NCBI GenBank assembly: GCA_051294375.1
Contig: JBJCIZ010000358.1
Location: 1-64,000 of the forward strand
Reading direction: 5' to 3'
DNA from: Paraspadella gotoi
Lineage: Eukaryota; Animalia; Chaetognatha
DNA length: 64,000 nt
The notes beneath the pieces are model-generated. The model searched no databases. It was not told where the DNA came from and saw only the letters and a program-made list of their open reading frames with translations. Within the stretch, counting starts at the first letter, position 1; each line of letters starts with the position of its first letter. Made by a program: the position numbers and the translations under genes. Positions 1 through 12,479 of this stretch are shown in pieces.

Positions 1-170
1 ATGGTGAGGAGAGGCTAAAGGTGAGGACAGATTGAGTTAGCTTTTAAAAGAAGTGAAAAAGGTGAGACAAATCAAATTAACGCTGATGAAGGCTTGAACA
101 AAAGACATGTACGTTTTTCTCTGAAAAATAAAATCGTTGTTGAAATAATTTCAAACTTTTTCTAATTCTA
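1..170. mobile_element. Penelope-like element (pLTR) fragment with a degenerate hammerhead
   Basis: CTGATGAAGGCTTGA...ACATGT at about 83-110, with the GAAA core damaged. Upstream purine-rich sequence (gtgaggacag, gaagtgaaa) resembles 45230-45320 and 49650-49720. Confidence 0.5.
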
Positions 171-3149
171 CAACACAATGAAAAAGAAAGGATTATAACA
201 CAATGTTTATTCATGTACATTCATATTCATATTCATAATCAAGTTCTAAAATAAAAGGGTAAATCGGGTAAATATAAAAAAGTTAACTATATTTTTATTT
301 TTAAGTGCTCCACTATTAAAGTGTCACGTGATCAAATACATCCAGAAAAAGCAACACCTTGAGCTTGCAGGTTCTTGTTTCATTTGGTAGTAGATTTAAT
401 ATTTTCTTTTCAGTGCGAACAGAGTGAAAGAGTATATTGTGCCTGCAATGAAAGTCTCAAACAATGCAGAAAAAAATATACAAATTTGATTAATGGAATT
501 AAGGTATTGAAATACCTGGAATAATTCTAAAATAGATAGGCAAGTTACATGGTTGTTTATAATGTTATTTTAAATATTTTTACCATTTACTGATAGGAAA
601 TGATGTCAATATCTGCTTACCGCGGTGCTAACATTATCAACATCAACCTCGAGCCCACGCCGCCGGGGCGATTGGAAAAATAATCTCAAAAAAGCCGTCA
701 TCCCGGCGGGCGCCATATTTTAAACAAATCTTGCGTTCGTTAAATTTTCTTTTTTAGCGTTCCACTTAAATTTTTTAGCTTTGGACGGAGTGACTTAATT
801 GGGTAATAAAAAATTGATTGTTCTTATGATAACTTTTGAACCAAAAATGATAGAACGATGCAGCTGGTATCATATTAAAGCCATAATTATTGGGGGCATC
901 TTTTCCATATAATTTTTCTCAAATATTGTCAACGCGAATCATTTTTTGTTAAAATCTGGATCGGAATCTTAGTCCGAAACAAAACCCAGCGTATTAACAG
1001 ACTTTTTGAAATTAAATTTAACACACTTGGCTGCTATTTAAAAAAAGTAGAAATTAAATATAGATTCTGAAAGGACGGAAAACATTGCAATCTATGTTTC
1101 TGATATAAACAAAAAATTTTCTATTCTTCAAATGGTTTATGAAAATTTTGCCAAATTACTTGCATTCCGACTTATTTTTCTATTTTTATGATTTATGAAG
1201 GATTTAGTATTTAATCTATTATTTATTCAAAGTATATATTTCTTTCTTTTCTTAAAAATGTTTTATGTAATCTAATAATTCAATGGGAAGCGGCGGAAGT
1301 CGAGTGTTGGTCTTCTGGAAATAGAGCGCGAGCATCTATATATATACATTACTAAGGATAATGATTATCATTTTTGTTGAAAACAAAAAGATTTTAAAAA
1401 AGTTCATGCTGAGGAACCTTAAAAAAAACATATGATTTTAAATATGAAAATTAGGAGGTTCAAAACTTTGTGCGCCGCGCTGATTTAAAAACTACTGAAC
1501 ATAGGGGCTAAGAAGACTATATTATCAGATTTTTAAATTTTTTGTCATCTTCAGCGTGCCAAAATAAAACCTTTGCATAATGCCCATTAGCGTATATTGA
1601 GTATAAACGAATTTTTTTTATGTAAAAAAAAGCCACGTTACAATCTTTTAATTTAACACGCTAATGCATGTAGCTGGTATGGTAAAATTGTTGTTTTGTA
1701 TGTTTATATGTATAATTACAAGGCGCTTTTGTATCAATAAAGCGGGTAAATTTGCAAAGAAAATGAGTTCATTTCAAGTGCGCTCCATATTGATACTATG
1801 ATATCAATGAATTTTCTTGTGTTCCGGCGCAACGAAAATGTACCTAAGTGAACATTGTAGTTTCATTAGCCTCAATCTTTTATTTAATAATTTGTAAAGC
1901 GGCAGGGTTTCGCAAAAAATAGTAAGAAACAAAAATGACAACAAATTTTGAGGAAAAAAAATGGATTAATTGCTATTATTTCTTACTATGACGTCAATTT
2001 ATTTTTTTCATTATGTGCTTGAAAGTTAGGCTAAACCCAACAGAATCGGAATCAGTGCATGACCGCTGTATATTTATTTGACTTATACAGTAAATACCGC
2101 AAAATAAAAAAAAAATTAAAAAGAATTCAGACTAAGCGCCGTGTTTATTTTCAGTATTTTTTAGTCAAGACCTTTATGGATTTTCTTTGTTCCGGCGGCG
2201 TTAGATAGCCCAAACACTGCAGTTTCAGAAATCATCCGTGGTTTTGGAGTATTTACTGCGCTACTGGTGCAAAAATTGCTAGGAACCAAAATTATCAGAA
2301 ACCGCTTCGTTCTTTCGGATCTTTTTTAAAGCGCGGAGCGACATATCTATCTAAAATGAGAACTATGTTTATTGACAAAATCTTTATTTTATCAGGAGCA
2401 AAAATCATGTTTTAGTTACTTACTGGAAGATCATCGACTTGCAGACCAAGTTTTTTGTGGAGAGATAAAGAATATGCTGGCAGCTGTAACTTTTATGTTA
2501 TCAAAATATCCTAATCTCACTCAAGAGGATATTTCAAAAAAACAATCAATTAATATTGTTAGCAAATTCAGAAATTATTGTTTTTAAAATGTAATTATTT
2601 CTTAAGTAATAAAACTTTTGTAATTTTTGTATGCTTATCCAATCTCGGTAGCATAAAATTAAATGATATTACTCATTTGACTTACATAAAATTTTTGATG
2701 GCCTGAGGAATATAACGCGTTTAACTATAGCTCATGCAGGATGACGCTAATTTTTTTTTTTAAATCTGATGAATAAAAATTCTCTGTAAAGAAAAAAAAA
2801 ACTTTTTTGAAGGTCTCGAGTTTTTAATCGTATTTTCTTAGCTTACTGTCTAAAAAAAATAAAGATGACCTGATCCAAAGTCTAAAAGTTATTATGCCGA
2901 AATTTGATCATTGACCTATAACGTTATCGTCGAAAAAATACTATAAATACTTAAAACCGATTTTTAGAGCATTGTCTATGGCTGACTCCCTATAGCCCTT
3001 AATAGTCGCTTAACCATTATTTATTTGTTCCGGCCTAATATCTAGTAAGGCGGGGCTTCAAAGATGAACACTTATAACTTCTATTCTCTTTAAAATTTTT
3101 TTTCCTCGTCTACTGACTAAATGATTTTTCCAATATAACTTTTTGAAAT

Positions 3150-3673
3150 TAGTTCATTGGGTTGTTGCACTGAAGCTTTTAAATATTTATTTAATATATA
3201 TAATGAACTTATATAAATTTGGACGGAATTGTGCAGTTTGGAAATGAGTTTAGATGAAAAAAACATACAATCACATTACTTGAATCTTTAAATATAATGA
3301 TACTGATGTTTCAACTTAATTATTAATTAAATTTAATCGTGAAAAAAATGATTGCAAGTTAAAAAAATCTTAAAAGCATAGGAGATCGTCGCATTGCATA
3401 AAAAGAGAGAGAAGAGAGAGGAGAGAGAGAGAAGAGAGAGGAAGACTTAAAATAAAATAGTAGGAGATATTGTTTTTCTTGATAAAATGTAAACAAAACA
3501 TAATTTAATAACTGTCCTAACGTACCCAATCTCTGTTAAGGACATCGTATGATGATAGTTGAATATAAATTTTAAAATTAATTATGTACATTTTTTAATT
3601 AATTAATTAATCGATTAATTAATTTAATTAGATTATTCGTAGGCAGATCCGACAATTGTTTGCTCAAACTTGT
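3150..3673 (+). mobile_element. 3' part of a non-autonomous Helentron (HINE/DINE-1-like) family A copy
   Basis: Ends in the family 3' motif GTAGGCAGATCCGACA(A)TTGTTTGCTCAAACTTGTT. Contains one satellite unit (atgattgcaagtt) and the aaaagcata...gatcgtcgcattgcata(GA)n module also seen at 57595-57720. Confidence 0.7.
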
Positions 3674-5059
3674 TTTTCTTTTTCTCAGGGTTGCTGAGTC
3701 TGCTGATTTAGTTTATTTTGTGACAATGATTTTTTTTTTTCAGAAAAACAGAAACAGTACTTTAATTTTCTCTCGTTACTTTATTTATTTTTTTGTTAAT
3801 TGATGGAATTCTCAAAATAAAATTTTTCTTTCTGTTTATAAATTGAATTTTCTTTTAATTCTCTATTTTTTCAGTATCAAAATTTGTTCGTCATATCTAG
3901 GATTTTTCTTATGCGATGTCGACGATCCTTATTACATCTGTTTTTTTCTCCATGCAGTCGAAAATTTTTTACAATCCTTGTACAGTTTCTAGCTATAATG
4001 TGTTAAGTGCTTAAAAGATTAACCAAAGTCTACCTCAATCAGATTTTAGCGTTAGACTACGGCACAATTGACCGCAAGTGCATGTTGATCTACACATGGA
4101 ATTTTTCTCTTTTCTTTAATTGCAAGCATAAGAAAATAGTTTTATAAAATCACATAATTGGCCTCAATTCTAAGTTGCTCTCATTATTCTAATATGTATC
4201 TACTTTAAATTTTTTTAAAAGAAGGTTTTAACCCATAGTGGGCGTGTCCAAAACCGGAAAATGACGCTCAAAAACTGATTAAAATTACGCAATATTATAG
4301 TTTTTTGATCAACTTATAAACTGAATAATGGGTTTTTATTGTCATTATGATAGTTGTATCACAAAGAAAATATCAATATATAATCATAAAAAACTATCAC
4401 AGCTCTAAATAGACAAAATAATACTCTCAGCTTACAAAGATTCTCTTTCTTAGTTAACTGTTAAAATTCAGAATTAATATTATTTTCCTTTATTTCGTTG
4501 TTGAAGAGACATCAGATGGCACAGGAATAATGCATTATAGTATTAAGCATATGAAACTTTTTTTTTGACCTAAGGAATTAAAAAAAATATTTGTTAGTAT
4601 TAAGCAATTCGTGGTAAGATTTATAAGTATAATTTTCTTACTTTTTTGCCAACATTTTGATTCTTTATGAACTAATCATTTTTAAAAGGCAGTCCAGCAG
4701 TAAGTAAATTGTTCCAGGAAAAAAGTCAGGTTAAGAGAGGATTAGAGAAAGAGAGAGAGAACAAAATACAAAAAGACACTGCCTGAATAAAATTGATGTT
4801 GTTCATGAGATCAAAGACTACACATTAGCCATGAGAAATAATAAAAATGAACTTTAATAATTCTACGTGATGATTGCTTAATACTAATATTGCTTAATAT
4901 ACTTGTCAAAACAAAAAAAATATTTAATAATTCTCTTATATTTGCTGTATTATTTATTATATGAAACTTGATATGATATACTCAAGGTTTGAATAAGAGT
5001 CACATTAACTTATTTATTTATTAGTAGTTAATTGTTAATTCTTGTCTTTTAATTTTTTT

Positions 5060-5470
5060 CATTGTTGTACATTGCCCAATGTATTATTTTCTCCCGTCCC
5101 TCTCTCTCCCTCTCTCTCTCTCCTTCCTTGACCATTTCATTTCTTATTCAAAACTAAAATCTCATTCTGTGTTCTCTCTTAAACCTGTCCTCACCAACTG
5201 ACCACTATTCTNNNNNNNNNNNNNNNNNNNNNNNNNNNNNNNNNNNNNNNNNNNNNNNNNNNNNNNNNNNNNNNNNNNNNNNNNNNNNNNNNNNNNNNNN
5301 NNNNNNNNNNNNNNNNNNNNNNNNNNNNNNNNNNNNNNNNNNNNNNNNNNNNNNNNNTTCACACAAAAAATCTGTCCATTTTCACAAAATAATTTGGTGC
5401 TGATGAAGACTTGAAATAAAAGTCGAAACATGTACATTAGAGTGGAGCACTCAAGAACAAAAAATTTATT
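5060..5470 (+). mobile_element. Penelope-like non-autonomous fragment (pLTR), spanning gap 5212-5357
   Basis: CT-rich body (acctgtcctcac..ctgaccact) followed by a hammerhead. Homologous to the reverse complement of 49484-49800 and 45040-45340. Confidence 0.65.
5394..5440 (+). ncRNA. Minimal type I hammerhead ribozyme (Penelope type)
   Basis: ttggtg-CTGATGA-a-gactt-gaaataa-aagtc-GAAAC-ATGTA-cattag: intact core, stem II gactt/aagtc, palindromic ACATGT stem III, stem I ttggtg/cattag with G-U pairs. Confidence 0.75.
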
Positions 5471-5655
5471 TGAATGATCGAACAATGATATTTAGATGTG
5501 AGATAGTATGATTAACTAGTACAAAAAATATCTCGTTCATATTATCTCGGGAACAGAATAGCAAAATATAATATATTTCTAGTAATATCCTTATAAAATA
5601 GTAAATTTTAAAAAAAAAATATAAAACATGTTATCAAAAATTCTGTCATCATAAG

Positions 5656-7787
5656 CGGCAGGCGGAGCTGCAGAAGGTCCACAACAGCGTTAAGTTGCTT
5701 ACGGAGATGGTGGACGCTTTTGACGGATCTAAGAGCTACTGCGGGTCAGACCGCGAGCTTATGAAGGAACTTCATGACGATTGCGAAAAGCTCCGGCCAA
5801 ATCTCTTTAAGTTGGCGAGCGATGCGGAGGACGAGGCAATCGCTGACATCCTGAAGGCCAATGACGATCTGGTCAAAGTCTTGGAAGCTTATCAAACCAA
5901 AGTCGCTCTCAATGCCCCCGTCAAGCTACTTGACGTTAGTGAAATTGGAGGGGAAGGAGAGGTCAACGGGACTACGACGATCCTTAAGTCGGCTGGCGAC
6001 GATTTTCTCACCAACGATTTAAAATCATTGTCATTGGGAGAAACTCCCAAGTCTCTGAAGCTCTTTCAACGTCGACTGCTTCATTGGCTGACAAAGTCCC
6101 AGCGTTTCCATTTGTACTCCCGGCGACGGAACAGGAGAGCGATGAAAGTCACGCGAAAATTCTTCAGTGACGACCGATCTAAAAAATTTATTGTTGGAAC
6201 CTTTGCAGGCGACGGGGNNNNNNNNNNNNNNNNNNNNNNNNNNNNNNNNNNNNNNNNNNNNNNNNNNNNNNNNNNNNNNNNNNNNNNNNNNNNNNNNNNN
6301 NNNNNNNNNNNNNNNNNNNNNNNNNNNNNNNNNNNNNNNNNNNNNNNNNNNNNNNNNNNNNNNNNNNNNNNNNNNNNNNNNNNNNNNNNNNNNNNNNNNN
6401 NNNNNNNNNNNNNNNNNNNNNNNNNNNNNNNNNNNNNNNNNNNNNNNNNNNNNNNNNNNNNNNNNNNNNNNNNNNNNNNNNNNNNNNNNNNNNNNNNNNN
6501 NNNNNNNNNNNNNNNNNNNNNNNNNNNNNNNNNNNNNNNNNNNNNNNNNNNNNNNNNNNNNNNNNNNNNNNNNNNNNNNNNNNNNNNNNNNNNNNNNNNN
6601 NNNNNNNNNNNNNNNNNNNNNNNNNNNNNNNNNNNNNNNNNNNNNNNNNNNNNNNNNNNNNNNNNNNNNNNNNNNNNNNNNNNNNNNNNNNNNNNNNNNN
6701 NNNNNNNNNNNNNNNNNNNNNNNNNNNNNNNNNNNNNNNNNNNNNNNNNNNNNNNNNNNNNNNNNNNNNNNNNNNNNNNNNNNNNNNNNNNNNNNNNNNN
6801 NNNNNNNNNNNNNNNNNNNNNNNNNNNNNNNNNNNNNNNNNNNNNNNNNNNNNNNNNNNNNNNNNNNNNNNNNNNNNNNNNNNNNNNNNNNNNNNNNNNN
6901 NNNNNNNNNNNNNNNNNNNNNNNNNNNNNNNNNNNNNNNNNNNNNNNNNNNNNNNNNNNNNNNNNNNNNNNNNNNNNNNNNNNNNNNNNNNNNNNNNNNN
7001 NNNNNNNNNNNNNNNNNNNNNNNNNNNNNNNNNNNNNNNNNNNNNNNNNNNNNNNNGCGACGCTCCCCGCCCCTGCCAGTTCTTTGCCGGATTGGTCCTC
7101 CTTTGATAACGTGTTCAACGCCAACGTCTCGGCAGAGACGCCGACGCCCGCCGCGTCCACCGTCGATGACCTTCTCTCTGCCTTTGAAAAATCCATCGCT
7201 GCTTCGAAAAAATCCCCCGCACCGACGGACATTTTCGTTGACGGCCAAAAAAGCGGCGGTGGCGACGCTCGCTCTGAAAATGACTTTGGTTCTTCTGGAG
7301 TCCTTCTCGATGCCCCTCTTCTACAGCCACAGAATGCCCCCGTTCCTCCTTTTTTCTCGTCGAAATCAGGAACAGTGACTTCGTCTTCATTCGCCAAAAC
7401 GGATTCGCCTCTTCCCGCGTCGCCCACGAATGCGAAGAAGGGCCTCGAGGTCATTGGCCTTATGAGTCAGGGTCTGCTGGAGAACACCATGAAGGAGTTT
7501 GGTGTTTCTCGTCCTGACATAACCTCCTCGACTTCGAATCCTCCTGCCCTACCGGCCAAACTTACTCTCTCTGAATTACAACAACAGAAGGAGCAACAGC
7601 AGAAGCAAAAGCTGAAAGAGATTCCTTGTAGTAGCAGCACTTCAACGCCAGAAGAAAAGTATCAACTGAACAACATCTTTGTTTCTCTCGAATCTATCAA
7701 ACCAAGCGAGGTGGACCCTTTGTCCATATACGATAAACATGGAATAAAAATCATTCTTTTTTTCTCCCAAGTCATCTGTTATCCTAG
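5656..7787 (+). CDS. GGA: GGA (ARF-binding clathrin adaptor) internal exon: GAT domain, hinge and start of GAE domain; 5' boundary approximate, spans gap 6218-7056
   Basis: RQAELQKVHNSVKLLTEM...ELHDDCEKLRPNLFKLASDAEDEAIADILKANDDL matches the GGA GAT domain. LNNIFVSLESIKPS..PLSIYDKHGIKIILFF matches the GAE start. Donor CCTAG|GTATAT at 7787/7788 (phase 2) joins in frame to 37462. Probable indel errors at about 6050-6170 next to the gap. Confidence 0.9.
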
Positions 7788-8559
7788 GTATATACCTCTT
7801 TTAGCTCGTTATTATTATCTCGCCAGCCTATCAGGCTTGGTGAAGATAATGTAGTTGTAGAAAATATTTTAATATTTTCTAAGCCAGCGTTTGAAGTTTG
7901 AAATTTCGCTCGAAACGTAGGACTAAGCTCTGACGAACAAAGTCCGAGGTTTTTTAAATATATTCTTATACCGGCCAAGGTGGAATGATGGCAATATTGT
8001 TAATATTAAGTTTCAAAAAAATGTTTGGCGCGCTCAAAAACGCCAAACACAAATAAGACAAGATGAACAACGCGCAGTCATTGATACGAAAGAAAAATAA
8101 AATTCGAAATAACTTCGAAAACATATCCAAAAATTTAGACGAAAATTCGTATGATTTTGGAAAAAAAATACATATAAATTTTAAATTCACGTAAAAAGAC
8201 GACATTTATACCGCGGAAAATAGTAAAATTCGATTATTTTTATTTTGTTGAATTTGGCGAGTAATCCATGTAAGGTCGGCCGCTCCGGGCAAGTTAGGAA
8301 AAAATAATATCCAAATTTCCGGCCGATGAAATAGCGATATTGAGAACGGCAAAATTAACTCGTAAAATTAAATATGGTATTTTAATAAGAAATACCCAAT
8401 AGTCCGCCCGTAACTCACACAAACGGAACTATCTTAAATTGGTATGAAAACCCTAGAAAGAAAACAGAGACGCGGTCACGCATCTCATATAGTATTGACA
8501 CTCGCCAATCTATTGTTCAAATCCTCAAAAGAGAGCAATCTTACCTCTCATCCCAGCTA

Positions 8560-8945
8560 TAATGGGCCTCCGACATTTGCAGAGGCAAATGGTCCCAGGC
8601 TTAATGGGCCTCCGTCACTGTCCAAGAGGCAATGGTCCCAGCTTAATGGGCCTCGTCAAAGGAAACATTTTGGGCATGGCAATCAAGAAGCGAAAACATT
8701 ACTGTATTCAAAAGCGACCACAATGCGGTTTAAAAAGTGCGCAAAAAAAAAAAGTTCGACGCTATTGGTGGCGAATTTCCATATTATTTTCAGGTAATTC
8801 TTTAACGGGGTTTTCCGGTATTTTTACGTCGCCATAGGACGGGCAGTTTTGAGCTCAACGCTGAGCAGAGTTTTTCGTCTATGTGCAGACGGCAGTTATA
8901 GAGGCTCAACGCTGACCGGGTTTTTCGTCACTCCGCAGCGGGCAT
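8560..8945. repeat. Two short tandem arrays (about 41-bp and about 46-bp units), probably inside a transposon
   Basis: aatgggcctc occurs three times at 8560-8657, and gctcaacgctga...gtttttcgtc is repeated at 8838-8945. Confidence 0.6.
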
Positions 8946-9597
8946 ACCAACAAGCCCAAGGGTAAGCCAAGGCTCCCCACCCACGCTTGGCAGGTGGCAA
9001 GGACCGTCAATATGCTAGCTTTACATCCCCCACGCGGATTTTGTGGAAGTGAGAGTGGAAATTAAAACACCCCACTTAGATAATTATTATCTTAATCTTA
9101 ATTATCGTTATCAATGATGAACCATTAATAAGTCAATGAAAAACTCGCACCAAGTCCCCCACTTAATTGGTAGCAGATAGCAACAAGAAGACGTGGGGGA
9201 TCGAAACAAAAGCCGCTGCCACATGTCGTCTTTATTACTAACTCCTGTAATAATTGACGAAATCTATTTAGCCTAATATATTAAAAAGAGGATTGAGTAT
9301 TCATTATGATTATATTAAATAACGTGAAACAAACGCAAAATAAACGGGGGGACGCGATTTACAAATTGTTACGCTGGCAAATCCACGACTGAAAAAATAC
9401 AAGCCGATCGAGAACTAAATGAAGCGTTTTGTTTACAACTAGCGAAGGCCAATACTTTTGCTAAATTAAGAAACTGAGGCCGAATACGAAAAACAAACAC
9501 TCTTTAATATTCTGATATCCTTCTATATTTCCTTTTTAATAATTCTTTTAATAAAAATTATAATCTATTTTGAATTTTATACTTTTCTTAGATTACC

Positions 9598-12030
9598 AGT
9601 TAACTTTTTCCTTTACTCGATAAACTGGAGGAAGCGGATATCTCTGCAAACTAAGGAGTTGAAATCAGCTAGGTGCTAGTAATTAGGATGCAAGGAAGGT
9701 GAGCTTGTGTCCCCATTGGACGGATTTTAAAAATTCAAAAAAATTGCGCTCAGCACCCTAAAAAATTTTTTTACAATATTTGCTCTAGCGCAGTTATTAA
9801 TGAAGCTTGCCCCATCATTTTTTGCTCATAAATACTCGCAGACGAGACCTACATAATGATGTTATAAAATTTTTAATTATTTTAATTTTTTGGTTTAATA
9901 ATTAATTTAGTCAAAATAATAATATTCAAAAGTATTCTGAAAATATCCAAAGTAATTGATTCTTTTTTTTAACAAAATGATACATTGAACGAGCAGTTTA
10001 ATAAATAACAAATAAAATTTTAAAAAATAATTTTAAATACCAAAAATATTTTTTCAATATTTATAAAAATATATTATAGTCTTAAAACTAAATTAAAATA
10101 TTTAAAAACTATAAAGGGTTTGAAAGCGGACATCATGCTGATTCCAAATCTATTTTTGTTTTTAAAATTTGAATTCTTGTTCTTGTTTTTACAGACTCAT
10201 ACATTTGTAAAAATTAAGAAAAAATCATCCCTTTTTCAAACCTTAATAAAAAATGATTGGGTCCATGTATTGGAAAAAAAATTTAAAATAACTTTGAAAA
10301 AGTAATATCTCTTGCTATAAAATTTTTAATGAGAAGAATAGATTGCCAAATATATCAAGGGAAGAAGTGTCATTTTATATTTTTATGAAAAAAAGAAAAG
10401 ATTATTTTAATAAGCAATTGAAGCTATCTCTTCTGGCCGAAGCGGCTAGGGCAGAGGTTTTCTTCAGACGCTAGTTTAGTAAGACTTAAATTTTTTTGCA
10501 ATATTGAGGACAACCCACAACATTTTTTGAGTTCACCTATCCTTTTCTTACTAACATTTACAACCAAAGTCAGAGTTCTAATGCAGACATAATGAGTAGA
10601 CCTTTCCATATGAAAAGTTTTAAATCAAAAAAACGAGTATTGGTTAAAGGTGCCCATACATCATATGAATTTTTTGAAATTTTTTTCAAAGATTTTACAG
10701 TAAATGTGGCCAACTCTTTAAAAAAAATAAANNNNNNNNNNNNNNNNNNNNNNNNNTATAAAATTCGAATATTAAATATAGAAAATATTAACCAAAATCT
10801 TTGGAAAATTCACCCCTTCTTTGGAAGATTTTCGCCATAGAAGATTTTTCCCGAATCTGACTCCCGGTTGAAAACTCTTAGAATTCCGATCGTTAGCTCT
10901 TTTACTTACAGTAACTTTTTTCTTTACTCGATAAACTGGAGGGAGTGGATATCTCTCAAACTTGGAGTTGGAATCAGCTCAGCTATGAAATTGGTACAAC
11001 CAATATAAAAATTATCCATTCATTTATCTTGCCCTGACTTTGGACAGGCTTTGGTGGTTTAAGGCCTCCATCACTCTTACAAGATAATGACATAGCAGGT
11101 CCCTGCAAGCTTTCAATCAAGACTCTCTCACAGTCTCGTTTATTCACTCCCAGAGTACCTGGCTCCTATCATATGAAGTGGTTATATCAATATTTCAATA
11201 TTCTATGAGTAATGTAGATGTCAGGAAGGTGAGCTTGTGTCCCCATTGGAGGGATTTTTAAAAAATTCAAAAAAAATTGCGCTCAGCACCCTAAAAATTT
11301 TTTTACAATATTTGCTCTAGCGCAGTTATTATATGAAGCTTGCCCTATCATTTTTTGCTCATAAATACTCCGAGACGAGACCTACATAATGATGTTATAA
11401 AATTTTTAAATTAATTTTATTTTTTTGGTTTTAATAATTAATTTAGTCAAAATAATAATCAAAAGTATTCTGAAAATATCCAAAGTAATTGATTCCTTTT
11501 TTTATACAAAATGATACATTGAACAAGAGCAGTTTTAATAAATAACAAATAAAATTTAAAAAAATATTTTAAATACCAAAAATATTTTCCAATATTTATA
11601 AAAATATATTATAGTCTTAAAACTATTAAAATATTTAAAATATTTAAAAACTATAAAGGGTTTGAAAGCGGACATCATGCTGATTCCAAATCTATTTTTG
11701 TTTTTAAAATTTGATTTCTTGTTCTTGTTTTACAGACTCATACATTTGTAAAAATTTAAGAAAATCATCCCTTTTCAAAACCTTATAAAAAAATGATATG
11801 GGTCCATGTATTGGAAAAAAAATTTAAAATTAACTTTGAAAATGTAATATCTACTTGCTATCAAAATTTTAAATTAGAAGAATAAGATTTGCCAAAGATA
11901 TCAAGGGAAGAAGTGTCATTGCAATTGAAGCGTTCTCTCATGGCCGATAGCAGCTGAGGCAGAGGTTCTTCGAAGACTAGGATTTAGTAAGGACTTAAAT
12001 TTTTTTGCAATATGAGGACAACCTCACCCA
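9598..12030. repeat. Near-identical ~1 kb direct duplication flanking the 25-N gap (9598-10560 vs 10910-12030), likely assembly overlap
   Basis: Both copies start agt(t)aactttttt..tttactcgataaactggagg and share aggaaggtgagcttgtgtccccattgga and later blocks. Differences are mostly homopolymer indels. Confidence 0.75.
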
Positions 12031-12479
12031 GCCGATTTGACTACCCTATCAAAAATGCTAAAAAATTGACTTTTTGATAAATATCTTTTAGAGCTTTATT
12101 ACTACAGGGACGAAACCCAATATATCTTGTAGTAGGGGTAGTCCCACTCAATGGAATGCACTTTTCTTAAAATCTTAAAAGCATAAGGATCGTCGCAATT
12201 GCATAGAGAGAGAGAGAGAGAGAAATCCTTTTCGGACAAATCACGAAGAGAGCGCGTTCAAACTATTTTGGGCAGTTAGGGATTTTTACATTTTTCCTCA
12301 AATTAATCTTTAGTTTCAAAAACTCGTGACGTCGAATCGTCTTACGGCGCCTCAAGAACGGTAGTGAAGGTTTCAGTAACTAGACAACTCAAATAAACAA
12401 ATATTGACGACGCCGTAAGCAGCGCTAGTACGACTGAGCAGTGCAATACAGCTATTCAGTAAACGTACGACTATTCTCC

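Noticed and set aside
5162-7454. ORFs of 107-457 aa overlapping the gaps
   Set aside because: Their length comes from N runs; they are alternative-frame or antisense shadows of the GGA exon and nearby repeats.
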